40,406 bases of DNA from Oceanospirillales bacterium. GTDB lineage: Bacteria > Pseudomonadota > Gammaproteobacteria > Xanthomonadales > SZUA-36. Within the stretch, counting starts at the first letter, position 1. Every line of letters starts with the position of its first letter. Location: assembly GCA_003232965.1 (NCBI GenBank), contig QIKG01000097.1, forward strand, positions 1 through 40,406, read 5' to 3'. Positions 1 to 9,418 of this stretch are shown here, in pieces. The notes under the pieces were generated by a model. The model saw nothing but the letters and a program-made list of their open reading frames with translations, was not told where the DNA came from and ran no database searches. Both the position numbers and the translations under genes were made by a program.

Positions 1-297
1 GCTGTTTACACTGGATCCAAACCGTTTTTTCATCGCCAACGAACAAGCCGCAGCGCGGCGACCGCAACCGATAAGCAGGCTCGCTGGTGGCAGCGTAGTA
101 AGTGCCTCGGCTGCAGCCAGTGAAAGCGCTTCAATCCGCAGGCGTGAGCTGGAATTATCCGTTGATGTTTTAATCTGTGCCTTAATCAGGGACCCCGCCA
201 GTGCTGCAGATTGATGCAGGTGGCCTGCCCGCTCATCATCCAGCAAGAAGATAACTTTATCGTTTCTACTACAATTTAAGTCCGAGGTTTGAATGAT
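1..297 (-). CDS. ELM1/DUF1022-family protein, N-terminal part (gene continues past the left edge; start codon unresolved)
   Basis: The minus-strand frame is open from the window edge to a TAA at 298-300. The translation ..KVIFLLDDERAGHLHQSAALAGSL...LPPASLLIGCGRRAAACSLAMKKRFG resembles N-termini of ELM1-like proteins that often flank LPS core genes (from memory). There is no in-frame ATG or GTG, only TTG (244-246) or ATT/ATC candidates. It is absent from the ORF track, probably because it is edge-truncated. Confidence 0.4.
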   Translation of the reverse strand, partial: MIQTSDLNCSRNDKVIFLLDDERAGHLHQSAALAGSLIKAQIKTSTDNSSSRLRIEALSLAAAEALTTLPPASLLIGCGRRAAACSLAMKKRFGSSVNS

Positions 298-356
298 TTA
301 TTCCCTATCTTGTCCGTGGGCGTTAAAATAACAGATTATCGACTGGAGAAACTACC

Positions 357-563
357 GTGGCCCACACAACCGATGCTAACAACCCGGACCTGATTCCTGC
401 AAATACCCAGCAATCCTACCAGATCAGCCACGATGACCTGCCATTAAGCTGCCCCATGCCAAATATGAAAGTCTGGGATTCGCACCCTCGGGTATTCTTG
501 CCGCTGGATGCAGATGGTAAGGCCCACTGCCCTTACTGCGGTGCTGATTATAGTCTCGCCTGA
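357..563 (+). CDS. zinc-finger (zf-CHCC family) small protein
   Basis: 68-aa ORF with a GTG start. The C-terminal HPRVFLPLDADGKAHCPYCGADY fits the zf-CHCC pattern (HPxVYL...CPYCG). Confidence 0.7.
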   Translation: MAHTTDANNPDLIPANTQQSYQISHDDLPLSCPMPNMKVWDSHPRVFLPLDADGKAHCPYCGADYSLA

Positions 564-596
564 ATCTCCAACAACTAGACTAACAGGATAAAACCC

Positions 597-1694
597 TTGC
601 ATATTGTTCATTGTCTGGCATCCATGCAAACGGGTGGCTCCGAGCTGGTTGTGCTGGAGTTGACTGAAGCTGCGCGCAAGCAAGGCCACCGAGTAACTGT
701 GTTTTCAGCAGCCGGGGATTTGTGTACCCGACTGCATGCCAGCGGTGCTGAACACCTGCACTGGCCCATCGGCAAAAAAAACCTCCACACGCTGAAATTA
801 ATCCGCCGCATGAGCAACTGGCTGGCCGACAACCCTGCTGATATCGTGCATGTACATTCACGCCTACCTGCCTGGCTTGCCTGGAAGGCTATTCAGGCCC
901 TGCCGCTGCAACAACGACCGCATTTCATATCCAGCGTACATGGGCACTATTCAGTTAGTAAATACAGCGCAGTAATGACCTATGGCGAAAAAGTTATTGC
1001 GGTTTCAGACAGTATTGCCCGCTATATCCGCGAGAATTATCTACAAGTTGATGCATCTAAAGTTGTGGTGATTCCCCCCGGGGTTGATCATCTGCGCTTT
1101 CGGCAGCAGCAGATAGAACCTGAGTGGCTGGCAGCCTTTGCGTGTGAATTCCCAGGCGTAGGTGAGCGCAAATTATTGATGTTGCCGGGCCGAATTACCC
1201 GCCTAAAGGGGCATAAATGTTTTGTCCGCCTACTCGCCGGGCTGATCGCTGCCGGTGAAAATGTGCACGGCCTGATTATTGGGCCGATGTCGTCGGGTAA
1301 ACAACATTATCTGGATGAAATTTCAGAGCTGGCTCTGGATTTAGGAATTGCCGAACAACTCGACTATGCCGGTAATCGCAAAGACATGCCGGAATTAATG
1401 CAACGCGCCGAGCTGGTGCTTAATCTTTCTATCAAAGCCGAAGCCTTTGGCCGTACCGTTAATGAAGCGCTTAGCGTGGGTACGCCTGTAGTTGCCTGGG
1501 ATCGTGGCGGTGTTAATGAGTTGCTGGGTGAGTTATTTCCCCAAGGACGGGTCGAGCCGGGTGATGAAGCCGCCCTGCTGGAAACCTGCCGAAAGCTACT
1601 GCACCAAGCTGGTGAAATCAGCAGCAATCAGGCTTACAGCCTTGCGGCGACAAATGCGGCCACCTTAGATTTATACGCGGAGCTTTGCCGATGA
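597..1694 (+). CDS. glycosyltransferase family 4 (LPS core-type)
   Basis: 365-aa ORF with a TTG start. It has an N-terminal HIVHCLASMQTGGSE and a C-terminal EAFGRTVNEALSVGTPVV (E-x7-E type) motif, both typical of GT4. It sits immediately upstream of the O-antigen ligase gene. Confidence 0.85.
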   Translation: MHIVHCLASMQTGGSELVVLELTEAARKQGHRVTVFSAAGDLCTRLHASGAEHLHWPIGKKNLHTLKLIRRMSNWLADNPADIVHVHSRLPAWLAWKAIQALPLQQRPHFISSVHGHYSVSKYSAVMTYGEKVIAVSDSIARYIRENYLQVDASKVVVIPPGVDHLRFRQQQIEPEWLAAFACEFPGVGERKLLMLPGRITRLKGHKCFVRLLAGLIAAGENVHGLIIGPMSSGKQHYLDEISELALDLGIAEQLDYAGNRKDMPELMQRAELVLNLSIKAEAFGRTVNEALSVGTPVVAWDRGGVNELLGELFPQGRVEPGDEAALLETCRKLLHQAGEISSNQAYSLAATNAATLDLYAELCR

Positions 1695-2926
1695 TTGCCT
1701 CAGGCTACCAAAAGAATCCCTGGTGGGCGGCTGTACTGATCGCCGCTTATCCCATGCTGCTACCGTTTTCAAGAACAGCTGAAGTTCCACTTAGCATGTT
1801 GGCAATTACCGGCATGGTATTGCTCTGGCGACAGGGGCGCGCCATCAAACACTGGCCTAGCTCACGCGCCTTGCTACTGGTATTTTTATGTATGTGGCTA
1901 CCAATGGTGGTGTCCTCAGTAGATGCCTTTAATCCCTCTGGCTCCTGGTATCACAGCCTGGTGTCCCTGCGCTTTTTCTTTGCAGCTTTAGCCATGGCCT
2001 GGTTGTCCCGTTTCAGTGCGGTACGCGAACGTGCCATGCTATTAATATCCTTAGTGCTGGGTTTTTGGGTGGTCGACAGCCTGATACAGTTTATTTTCGG
2101 GGTGGATTTGCTCGGCTTCCCGAACACGGCTGACCGCCTCAATGGCCCTTTCGGCATGCGGCATTTTCGGCTCGGTATGATCCTTGCTGTATTTTCACCG
2201 ATTTTATTCGAACAGGTACGCCGCAGTTGGGGCGGTTACGGCCTGCTACTGGTCATACCGTTAACCGTTTTTGTGGTGATTCTCAGCGGGGTGCGCTCAG
2301 GCTGGGTGATCATCGCCTTGGCCGTGCCATTGTTTTTGTTTTGGGCCGCACGGCGAAATAACTGGCCGCTATTGCCTCTCAGCGCGATCACCACTGTCGG
2401 TGCTATTTTGCTGCTAAGTCTGGCCTGGGTGAGTTCACCATTGGTTCAGGAACGCATGGAGCTCAGCATGGGCCTGGGCTCCGGTGATATACAGACCACC
2501 GACCACGCCTTATCCAACCGCATACCTATCTGGGAGACATCACTGCGAATATTTAAAGCCTACCCGTTGGTTGGCGTTGGCATTGATAGTTATCGTGAAG
2601 CTTATGTGGTTTATGCAGCAGATGATGACCCGCATGTAGCTACTAATGGCATTGGTGGCTATCATGCACACAACCTGATTCTAGAGGTTCTGTCAGCTAC
2701 CGGCTTGCTTGGTCTGCTTGGATTAATCTTGGCCAGCCGCATTATGTATCGCCTATGGCAACAGGCAGATGCCGCTTCACGCCAGTCTATGCTGCCGTTT
2801 GCGCTGGCATTGGTGCTACTGATGTTGCCGTTTAATTCGCACTTCTCTCACTATGGTACTTTCCTGTCCTCAGTCAGTTGGTGGTTGCTCGGGCTATGGA
2901 TGGGTGCCTTCCGCCGGCGCGAATAA
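1691..2926 (+). CDS. waaL: O-antigen ligase (WaaL/Wzy_C family) membrane protein
   Basis: Polytopic hydrophobic protein with a ligase-type loop: RIPIWETSLRIFKAYPLVGVGIDSY...GGYHAHNLILEVLSATGLLGL. The ATG at 1691 overlaps the upstream TGA (ATGA); the track ORF starts at TTG 1685. Confidence 0.8.
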   Translation: MIASGYQKNPWWAAVLIAAYPMLLPFSRTAEVPLSMLAITGMVLLWRQGRAIKHWPSSRALLLVFLCMWLPMVVSSVDAFNPSGSWYHSLVSLRFFFAALAMAWLSRFSAVRERAMLLISLVLGFWVVDSLIQFIFGVDLLGFPNTADRLNGPFGMRHFRLGMILAVFSPILFEQVRRSWGGYGLLLVIPLTVFVVILSGVRSGWVIIALAVPLFLFWAARRNNWPLLPLSAITTVGAILLLSLAWVSSPLVQERMELSMGLGSGDIQTTDHALSNRIPIWETSLRIFKAYPLVGVGIDSYREAYVVYAADDDPHVATNGIGGYHAHNLILEVLSATGLLGLLGLILASRIMYRLWQQADAASRQSMLPFALALVLLMLPFNSHFSHYGTFLSSVSWWLLGLWMGAFRRRE

Positions 2927-2928
2927 AC

Positions 2929-3723
2929 ATGCCATCTATCAGCAACAAGTTTTATCTCAGTGCGGTAATCACTACATTTAATAATGAAGCCACCCTGGGG
3001 CGGTGTTTAAGCTCGCTGAACCTTAATGAACGGCCGTTGACTGATGAAATACTGGTGCTCGATTCCGGCAGCACAGATAGCAGCGTTGCCATAGCCACAT
3101 GCCACGGTAGCAGAGTTGAAACCAGAGCCTTCAACAACTACAGCGAACAAAAACAACGGGCGATTGAGTTGGCAAAACACGACTGGGTATTGTTGCTGGA
3201 CGCGGATGAATACTTATCGCCAGAACTGCAAGAAAGCCTACTACAATGGCGGCAACAACCCCCAAGCGCCGACGCTTACCGCTTGCAACGGCGAGAGTGG
3301 CTGCTGTGGCGCTGGCAACATCGCTGGAGCAAACCCGTCACGCCCATTCGCTTGTTTGACCGCCGCACAACCCGAATGAACAGTGTGCCGGTGCACGCAG
3401 CCCCGGCATGTGATGGGCAGGTGGATACGCTGAAAGCAGCACTTCTACATACGGGCGAAGCTAACATCCATACCAAAGTTGAGAAAATTAACCAATATTC
3501 TAGCGGCCAGGCTGAGTGGCGGAAATCACGCCGGTTTTTGCGGCTGCGGATGCTAGTATATCCCTGCGTTGCTTTCTGGCGGGAGTACTTGCTCAGGCGG
3601 CAGTTTCTAAATGGTTGGGCCGGATTTATTGCTGCCAAGAGTGCAGCCTTTTACGCTTTTCTAAAATACGCCAAGGCCTATGAATTAACCCGTAAGGGGC
3701 AGGGCGATCAACCGCCTGAATAA
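2929..3723 (+). CDS. glycosyltransferase family 2 (WaaE/KdtX-like LPS core GT)
   Basis: ATG at 2929; the track ORF start at 2878 lies inside waaL. It has LSAVITTFNNEATLGRCLSSL and a VLLLDADEYL DxD motif typical of GT2. The LPS core context supports the call. Confidence 0.8.
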   Translation: MPSISNKFYLSAVITTFNNEATLGRCLSSLNLNERPLTDEILVLDSGSTDSSVAIATCHGSRVETRAFNNYSEQKQRAIELAKHDWVLLLDADEYLSPELQESLLQWRQQPPSADAYRLQRREWLLWRWQHRWSKPVTPIRLFDRRTTRMNSVPVHAAPACDGQVDTLKAALLHTGEANIHTKVEKINQYSSGQAEWRKSRRFLRLRMLVYPCVAFWREYLLRRQFLNGWAGFIAAKSAAFYAFLKYAKAYELTRKGQGDQPPE

Positions 3724-4643
3724 AAGGGCGGTTCCCCCGGGGGCCGGGTTTTAAAACGCCGGTGAATCCACCAGTATTGTTCTGGGGCCATCCGGATCAT
3801 CTGCTCCAATACCGCATTGACCTGTTGTAAATCTTTCTCATCATCGCCGCTGAAATCATCCAGTGGCGGTAGTATTTCCAGACGGAAACGATTACCGGGT
3901 AAGCGAATAGGCATCATCGGGATAACCACAGCTTTGCCGGCTTTTGCCAGGCGCAGGGGGGCGGTCATGGTGGCTGTCTGAATGCCAAAAAAAGGCACGA
4001 ATAGGCTTTGTTCACCGCGCATATCCATATCGGCGGTATACCAAAGGGCGCCGCCTTCGCGCAGATAACGCATCGCTGTACGCACTTCCCGTTTCTTGAT
4101 CATATAGACGGACTTATGCGAGCGCTGGCGCAGCGCCATATATTCCATCACCGGGTTTTTATGTGGCCGATAAATCGCGCCGATGGGGGTTTTCGCTGTC
4201 AGCAGTGATGAACCGATTTCCATACAAGTGCTATGAACGCTTAACAGCAAAATACCTTTACCTTCACGCTGGGCGGCCTCAATATGTTCGAACCCACCAA
4301 TGCTGCCAATGCGCTCGACAAAAGCTCTGCTTCGCCACCAAATATAGATTGTTTCGCCCGGCATACTTGCCAGCGCAGTTAGGTTTTGGTCCAACATTTC
4401 GGCTCTTTCTTGCGGGCTTTTATCCGCAAAACAAGCGGCCAGATTCTGTTCGATAATAGCCAGCCTTTTTTTCATTAAGACTTTAATCACTGGTTTCAGG
4501 CTACGACTCAAAGCCATGCCCAGCGCAAATGGCAGGCGTGAATATAACCACGAAAGCCCCAGCAACAGCCAGCTAAGCCAATGCTTTGGATGCAGCAAAG
4601 GTTTCAATGGTGGAAGCGGGGCGCTTTTCACAGGTGGTTTCAT
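3708..4643 (-). CDS. lpxL: lipid A biosynthesis lauroyl/myristoyl acyltransferase (LpxL/HtrB family)
   Basis: Motifs: LHPKHWLSWLLLGLSWLYSRLPF, an HX4E acyltransferase motif (LSVHSTCMEIG), and C-terminal WWIHRRFKTRPPGEP. The start is set at ATG 4641-4643, because the 29 upstream codons of the track ORF are read out of a REP element. The 3' end overlaps the convergent GT2 gene by 16 nt. Confidence 0.85.
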   Translation of the reverse strand: MKPPVKSAPLPPLKPLLHPKHWLSWLLLGLSWLYSRLPFALGMALSRSLKPVIKVLMKKRLAIIEQNLAACFADKSPQERAEMLDQNLTALASMPGETIYIWWRSRAFVERIGSIGGFEHIEAAQREGKGILLLSVHSTCMEIGSSLLTAKTPIGAIYRPHKNPVMEYMALRQRSHKSVYMIKKREVRTAMRYLREGGALWYTADMDMRGEQSLFVPFFGIQTATMTAPLRLAKAGKAVVIPMMPIRLPGNRFRLEILPPLDDFSGDDEKDLQQVNAVLEQMIRMAPEQYWWIHRRFKTRPPGEPPFYSGG

Positions 4644-4700
4644 TACACTATTGTCGGGGATTTTTGCAGTAACTGCTAGTAAAAGCCTTGTTACCCCCAG

Positions 4701-4727
4701 CGTAGGCTGGGCATTTATGCCCACGCG
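4701..4727. repeat. REP-like palindromic element, copy 1 (CGTAGGCTGGGCATTTATGCCCACGCG)
   Basis: Core hairpin TGGGCAT-nn-ATGCCCA with GTAGG and CGCG flanks. The same unit recurs at 4777, 4814, 7208 and 7255. It is intergenic, between tatD and lpxL. Confidence 0.85.
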
Positions 4728-4776
4728 CAAAAACCAACCAAGCCAAATTCTTTTCTCAAATATTTATAATTTCTTT

Positions 4777-4801
4777 GCGTGGGCATAAATGCCCACCCTA
4801 C
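4777..4801. repeat. REP-like palindromic element, copy 2 (GCGTGGGCATAAATGCCCACCCTAC)
   Basis: Opposite orientation to copies 1 and 3. Together with copy 3 it forms a larger inverted pair separated by 12 nt. Confidence 0.85.
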
Positions 4802-4813
4802 GGGAGTGTTGGG

Positions 4814-4839
4814 GTAGGCTGGGCATTTATGCCCACGCG
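4814..4839. repeat. REP-like palindromic element, copy 3 (GTAGGCTGGGCATTTATGCCCACGCG)
   Basis: Near-identical to copy 1. It lies 7 nt downstream of the tatD stop codon. Confidence 0.85.
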
Positions 4840-4845
4840 TTCGGT

Positions 4846-5646
4846 TTAAGGCAGGCTAAAAAACACCCGTGCATTTCGACTTGTATTGGCGGCGGTTACT
4901 AATGGACTTTCACCTCGACAGGCCGCAACTGTGCCTAATATCCACGGCAAAACCCGCGGCTCATTCCGGTGGCTCTTTATTTTGGGGCGTAAATTTCGCG
5001 GCTTTAAATACGGCGCGTCGGTTTCTATCAACAAACGATTCTCGGGTATATCCCCCACCAAATCTTTCAGGTGACCCCCGCGGCGTTCATCACAAATCCA
5101 GCCGGTAATGCCAATATAGCAATCTAAATCAAGGTAATCATGCAACGCCTCACGGGTATCAGTAAAACAATGCACCACTACATCGGTCAGCTGATCGCGA
5201 AAACTTTTTAATATAACTAAAAAATCTGCGTGTGCATCTCGTTGGTGTAAAAACAGCGGTAATTGGGTATCGATCGCGATCTGGATTTGCCCTTCGAAGG
5301 CTTTTTTCTGTGTAGGCCGAGGGCAAAAATCACGAAAATAATCAAGCCCTGCTTCACCCACTGCAACCACTTCATCTGCTTGCACCAACTGTCGAAGTTG
5401 CCGGTCTGTTTCAGCACAATAATCTACCGCATGGTGAGGGTGCACACCCGCTGTAGCAAATAGGTGGTTGGGATAAAGTTTTGCCAGCTCCAAAGCAGCA
5501 ACACTACCCGCCACTGACCCACCGGTTACCGCCATCTGGCTTACTCCGGCTTCAATCGCGTGACGAATAACCTGTTCGCGGTCTTTGTCAAAGCTATCGT
5601 GGGTAAGGTTGCAGCCGATATCAACCAAATCGAGTTCATGTTTCAT
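4846..5646 (-). CDS. tatD: TatD-family metal-dependent hydrolase/DNase
   Basis: MKHELDLVDIGCNLTHDSFDKDREQVI..ATAGVHPHHA..LIETDAPYL parallels E. coli TatD. The start is set at ATG 5644-5646; the track ORF extension to 5688 reads through galE-derived sequence. Confidence 0.85.
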   Translation of the reverse strand: MKHELDLVDIGCNLTHDSFDKDREQVIRHAIEAGVSQMAVTGGSVAGSVAALELAKLYPNHLFATAGVHPHHAVDYCAETDRQLRQLVQADEVVAVGEAGLDYFRDFCPRPTQKKAFEGQIQIAIDTQLPLFLHQRDAHADFLVILKSFRDQLTDVVVHCFTDTREALHDYLDLDCYIGITGWICDERRGGHLKDLVGDIPENRLLIETDAPYLKPRNLRPKIKSHRNEPRVLPWILGTVAACRGESPLVTAANTSRNARVFFSLP

Positions 5647-5869
5647 ACAGGCTTCCGCGATTGCTGCCAACGCCAAGTATCGCGGCACATATCATCGAGT
5701 GTACGCGTTGAACAGCTGATTTAAACTCTCGGTATCGCAGATATCACCTTCTACAAACTCGGGAGCCTTGCCGGTGATTTGTGCGATGCGGTCAATAACC
5801 GGCCTCCTGCAGCACCACACAAGCATGTGAACTTATAAAACCACAACCGCCGGCAATCAGAATTGTCAT
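5647..5869 (-). pseudogene. galE: UDP-glucose 4-epimerase (galE) relic: N-terminal about 90 codons with an internal deletion/frameshift, 3' part missing
   Basis: An ATG at 5867-5869 directly abuts the ugd stop (TAAATG). It reads MTILIAGGCGFISSHACVVLQEAGY, then TGA at 5792-5794. A second frame continues DRIAQITGKAPEFVEGDICDTESLNQLFNAYT (compare E. coli GalE ..IERLGGKHPTFVEGDIRNEAL..). A third frame gives ..LALAAIAEA (compare HFAGLKAVGES). About 19 codons are missing between the first two pieces. Confidence 0.6.
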
Positions 5870-7192
5870 TTATGCCCTGCCGATTGAATAGTAGGTGATG
5901 CCGTCTTCGCGCATTTTTTTCGGCTCAAACAGGTTGCGCCCATCAAAAATCACTGGCTTGGCGGCGTGTTGCTTCAACATATCTACATCTAACACCTTAA
6001 AATGTTGCCACTCAGTAACAATAACCAGCGCATCGGCACCCTCAAGCACAGCCTCCTTAGATTCCATCAACACGAAATCATCTCGTTGACCATAAATCCG
6101 TTTGCACTCTGGCATCGCCTCGGGGTCATAAGCCTGAACTTTGGCGCCGGCATCCCAAAGGGCTTCCATTAATACCCGACTGGGGGCATCACGCATATCA
6201 TCGGTGTTGGGTTTAAAACTTAAACCCCAGAGGGCAAATGTTTTGTCCTTTAAGTCATTCTCAAAGTGCTTGCTAATTTTCTCAAATAATTTCTTTTTCT
6301 GACGGAAGTTAACCGCCTCCACAGACTTGAGTATTTCCGGATCATAGCCAACGGACTCAGCTGTACGCACCAATGCCTGCACATCCTTAGGGAAACAGGA
6401 GCCACCATAACCACAGCCCGGATAAATAAAGTGATAGCCAATGCGTTTATCCGAACCAATGCCCTGACGCACCGCTTCAATATCCGCACCCAGTGCCTCG
6501 GCAAGGTTGGAGATTTCATTCATGAAGCTGATTTTAGTAGCCAGCATGGCATTAGCTGTATATTTAGTTAGTTCAGCACTTTTAACATCCATGATAAGTA
6601 TGCGCTCATGATTGCGGTTCATGGGGGCGTAGAGTTCCCGCATAGTGTCTGCAGCAGTGGTGCTGTTGGTCCCAATAATTATCCGATCAGGACGTTTGCA
6701 GTCTTGAATAGCTGAGCCTTCTTTCAAAAACTCAGGGTTAGATACTACGCTGAAATCGATGTTAACCCCGCGTTTTTGTAAAATCTCGCTAACACTAAAT
6801 TCAACTTTTTCTGCAGTGCCAACAGGCACTGTGCTTTTGTCGACAATGATTTTAGGATAGGTCATATGGGTCGCGATAGTTTCGGCAACCGTCAATACAG
6901 CAGCAAGGTCAGCCGTACCACTTTCATCCGGCGGCGTACCTACCGCAATAAACTGGATATCACCATGAGCAACCCCGGTTTTTGCATCGGTAGTAAATTC
7001 CAACCGACCGGTTGCTGTATTTGCCTTAACCAAGGAAGTTAAACCCGGCTCAAAAATTGGAATGATACCTTTGTTAAGGTTATTGATTCTGTTCTCATCA
7101 ACATCAACACATACAACATGGTGCCCGGTATCGGCAAACACGGCCGCCTGCACCAAACCAACATAGCCTACACCGAATATCGTAATTTTCAT
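5870..7192 (-). CDS. ugd: UDP-glucose 6-dehydrogenase
   Basis: 440 aa. It has the Rossmann motif [20 protein letters not shown] and the catalytic-Cys motif [11 protein letters not shown]. Similarity to Ugd/Udg runs the full length. Confidence 0.95.
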   Translation of the reverse strand: MKITIFGVGYVGLVQAAVFADTGHHVVCVDVDENRINNLNKGIIPIFEPGLTSLVKANTATGRLEFTTDAKTGVAHGDIQFIAVGTPPDESGTADLAAVLTVAETIATHMTYPKIIVDKSTVPVGTAEKVEFSVSEILQKRGVNIDFSVVSNPEFLKEGSAIQDCKRPDRIIIGTNSTTAADTMRELYAPMNRNHERILIMDVKSAELTKYTANAMLATKISFMNEISNLAEALGADIEAVRQGIGSDKRIGYHFIYPGCGYGGSCFPKDVQALVRTAESVGYDPEILKSVEAVNFRQKKKLFEKISKHFENDLKDKTFALWGLSFKPNTDDMRDAPSRVLMEALWDAGAKVQAYDPEAMPECKRIYGQRDDFVLMESKEAVLEGADALVIVTEWQHFKVLDVDMLKQHAAKPVIFDGRNLFEPKKMREDGITYYSIGRA

Positions 7193-7207
7193 CTGTTTTG
7201 CCTTGAC

Positions 7208-7232
7208 GCGTGGGCATAAATGCCCACCCTAC
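7208..7232. repeat. REP-like palindromic element, copy 4 (GCGTGGGCATAAATGCCCACCCTAC)
   Basis: Identical to copy 2. Its CTA at 7229-7231 (the CCCTAC flank) supplies the TAG stop codon of fcl on the minus strand. Confidence 0.85.
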
Positions 7233-8260
7233 CTGGTTATATTTTCGTCTGGGGGTGTGGGCATAAATGCCCACGCGTTCCCCCGATCAAGATACCACCG
7301 ATATGTCGATGCTATCCCTTCATGTAAGCCAACCCCAGCCTCCCAGCCAAGCGTTTTTACCGCAGATACATCCAACAACTTACGCATGCTGCCATCCGGG
7401 TACTCGCTGTTATATTGAATTTTTCCCTCATAGCCAACCACCTCGCGAATAATCTCCGCAAGCTCGGCAATCGAAACATCACTACCGGTGCCTATATTCA
7501 GATGCGACTGGCGTGGATGAGTATACTCTGCATAAACAGCCTGCGCTAAACAGGCAATATATACGCAAGCATCAGCCAAATCATCTACATGTAAAAACTC
7601 ACGTCGGGGCTTACCACTTCCCCAAATTTCAACCGTTGGGCTGCCTGTCTGCTTTGCCTCATGAAATTTGCGTAACAACGCTGGCAAAACATGGCTGGTT
7701 TCTAAATCAAAGTTATCGTTGCTGCCATACAGGTTAGTCGGCATCACACTGCGAAAATCTGTGCCATATTCCCGATTATAGGACTCACATAACTTTATCC
7801 CGGCAATCTTCGCAATCGCATAAGGCTCGTTAGTTTCTTCTAATACTCCGGTCAACAGACAATCTTCCGACATCGGCTGCGCTGCCTGTTTTGGGTAGAT
7901 ACAGGAACTGCCCAAAAACAATAAACGCTCAACACCGACCTGATAGGCAGCATCAATGACATTGGCGGCCATCATAAGGTTGCTATAAATAAACTGTGCC
8001 GGCCAGGTATTGTTGGCGTGAATGCCACCCACACGCGCGGCGGCCAGGAACACAAAATCCGGCTTCTCGTCCTGCATAAAATCGCGTACTTGTTGTTGAT
8101 TTTCAAGATCCAGCTCAGCACGGGTTTTTAAAATCAAATTTCCACAACCGGCTTCCTGCAAGCGACGCACCAGCGCCGAACCTACCATGCCACCATGACC
8201 TGCCACATAAATTTTGCCAGCGCGCAGTCGGCCTAATTCATAAGCATTAGGTTTATTCAT
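7229..8260 (-). CDS. fcl: GDP-L-fucose synthase (GDP-4-keto-6-deoxymannose 3,5-epimerase/4-reductase)
   Basis: Motifs [26 protein letters not shown] and YAIAKIAG support Fcl. The start is set at ATG 8258-8260, which overlaps the gmd stop by 8 nt (ATGAATAA); the track ORF start at 8353 lies inside gmd. The C-terminal tail is REP-derived. Confidence 0.9.
   Translation of the reverse strand: MNKPNAYELGRLRAGKIYVAGHGGMVGSALVRRLQEAGCGNLILKTRAELDLENQQQVRDFMQDEKPDFVFLAAARVGGIHANNTWPAQFIYSNLMMAANVIDAAYQVGVERLLFLGSSCIYPKQAAQPMSEDCLLTGVLEETNEPYAIAKIAGIKLCESYNREYGTDFRSVMPTNLYGSNDNFDLETSHVLPALLRKFHEAKQTGSPTVEIWGSGKPRREFLHVDDLADACVYIACLAQAVYAEYTHPRQSHLNIGTGSDVSIAELAEIIREVVGYEGKIQYNSEYPDGSMRKLLDVSAVKTLGWEAGVGLHEGIASTYRWYLDRGNAWAFMPTPPDENITR
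7255..7277. repeat. REP-like palindromic element, copy 5 (GGTGTGGGCATAAATGCCCACGCG)
   Basis: Same core hairpin. It lies inside the last about 20 codons of the fcl reading frame (..[11 protein letters not shown]..). Confidence 0.8.
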
Positions 8261-9365
8261 GGTAGTTAAATACCTTGTAACCTTCCTTGGCAATAACCGC
8301 ATCACGGCGTGCCAGTTGCAGGTCTTCATGGACCATCTCTTTAACCAACTCAATAAATGAGGTTTTAGGCTCCCAACCCAGGTTTTTCTTGGCTTTGGAA
8401 GGGTCCCCTAATAAATTTTCAACCTCGGTAGGGCGGAAATAGCGTGGATCAATACGCACTATCACTTCGCCGGCTTGCGGGCCCTCGCCTTCGAGGTTTT
8501 CAATAATCCTACCGACTTCATCAACGCCATCGCCTTCCCAGCCTATGGTCATGCCAAGAAAGCCCAGCGCTCGCTCAACAAACTCTCGCACCGAGTGTTG
8601 CTCGCCGGTAGCAATCACATAATCTTCCGCCTTATCCTGCTGCAGCATCATCCATTGGGCTTCTACATAATCTCGCGCGTGGCCCCAGTCACGTTGAGAA
8701 TCGATATTGCCTAGAAAAAGAGCATCCTGAAGGCCGGTTTTAATTCTGGCAAGTGCGCGGGTGATTTTACGGGTCACAAAAGTCTCACCGCGCTGTGGGG
8801 ATTCGTGATTAAACAAAATACCGTTACAGGCATACATACCATAGGCTTCGCGGTAGTTGACCACTATCCAGTAAGCATACAACTTAGCTGCGCCATAGGG
8901 TGAGCGTGGGTAAAAGGGTGTGGTTTCAGTTTGCGGAGTTTCCTGTACAAGACCATACAGTTCGGAGGAGGATGCCTGATAAAAGCGGGTTTTATCTGTC
9001 AGCTTTAATATACGAATAGCCTCAAGTAACCGCAACGGCCCTAGCCCATCCGCATTAGCGGTATATTCCGGCATTTCAAAAGAAACACCCACATGGCTTT
9101 GAGCGGCCAAATTGTAAATTTCATCCGGTTGAATTTCTTGTACCACTCGAATCAAATTGGTTGAATCGGTCATATCCCCATAATGGAGGATAAAATTTCG
9201 ACCTGTTACATGAGGATCTTGATACAGGTGGTCTATTCGATCGGTATTGAATGAGGATGCGCGGCGTTTCAAGCCATGGACTTCATAGCCCTTTTTTAAT
9301 AAAAACTCCGCAAGATATGCGCCATCCTGGCCTGTAACACCGGTAACTAGTGCTTTTTTTCTCAA
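8253..9365 (-). CDS. gmd: GDP-mannose 4,6-dehydratase
   Basis: 370 aa with a TTG start. Motifs: [45 protein letters not shown]. The match to Gmd is full length. Confidence 0.95.
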   Translation of the reverse strand: MRKKALVTGVTGQDGAYLAEFLLKKGYEVHGLKRRASSFNTDRIDHLYQDPHVTGRNFILHYGDMTDSTNLIRVVQEIQPDEIYNLAAQSHVGVSFEMPEYTANADGLGPLRLLEAIRILKLTDKTRFYQASSSELYGLVQETPQTETTPFYPRSPYGAAKLYAYWIVVNYREAYGMYACNGILFNHESPQRGETFVTRKITRALARIKTGLQDALFLGNIDSQRDWGHARDYVEAQWMMLQQDKAEDYVIATGEQHSVREFVERALGFLGMTIGWEGDGVDEVGRIIENLEGEGPQAGEVIVRIDPRYFRPTEVENLLGDPSKAKKNLGWEPKTSFIELVKEMVHEDLQLARRDAVIAKEGYKVFNYHE

Positions 9366-9401
9366 TGTCGGGAACCCCTCGAAAAATTTAGTGACTGCCT
9401 A

Positions 9402-9418
9402 CTACCTTACTAAGGTAG
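9402..9418. promoter_or_regulatory. perfect 8-bp inverted repeat CTACCTTA-C-TAAGGTAG in the gmd leader/promoter region
   Basis: Read directly from the sequence, 37-53 nt upstream of the gmd start codon. It contains GGTAG on both strands, which is only a partial resemblance to the ops core GGCGGTAG. Confidence 0.3.

Noticed and set aside
3116-3638. Alternative-frame ORFs 3116-3379 (+) and 3276-3638 (-).
   Set aside because: They are nested in the GT2 gene, whose frame carries the recognisable motifs. No independent support exists.
4516-4788. 90-aa plus-strand ORF, together with similar ORFs at 7203-7418 and 7267-7452.
   Set aside because: They are read largely out of REP-like palindromes or antisense to lpxL and fcl. 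Peptides such as GHKCPPY and WAFMPT are typical REP translation artefacts.
4701-4839. A cluster of three palindromic repeats, considered as a possible mini-CRISPR array.
   Set aside because: The copies are in mixed orientation with irregular, very short spacing (49 and 12 nt). The same unit recurs at 7208 and 7255. No cas genes are present. The pattern fits REP elements.
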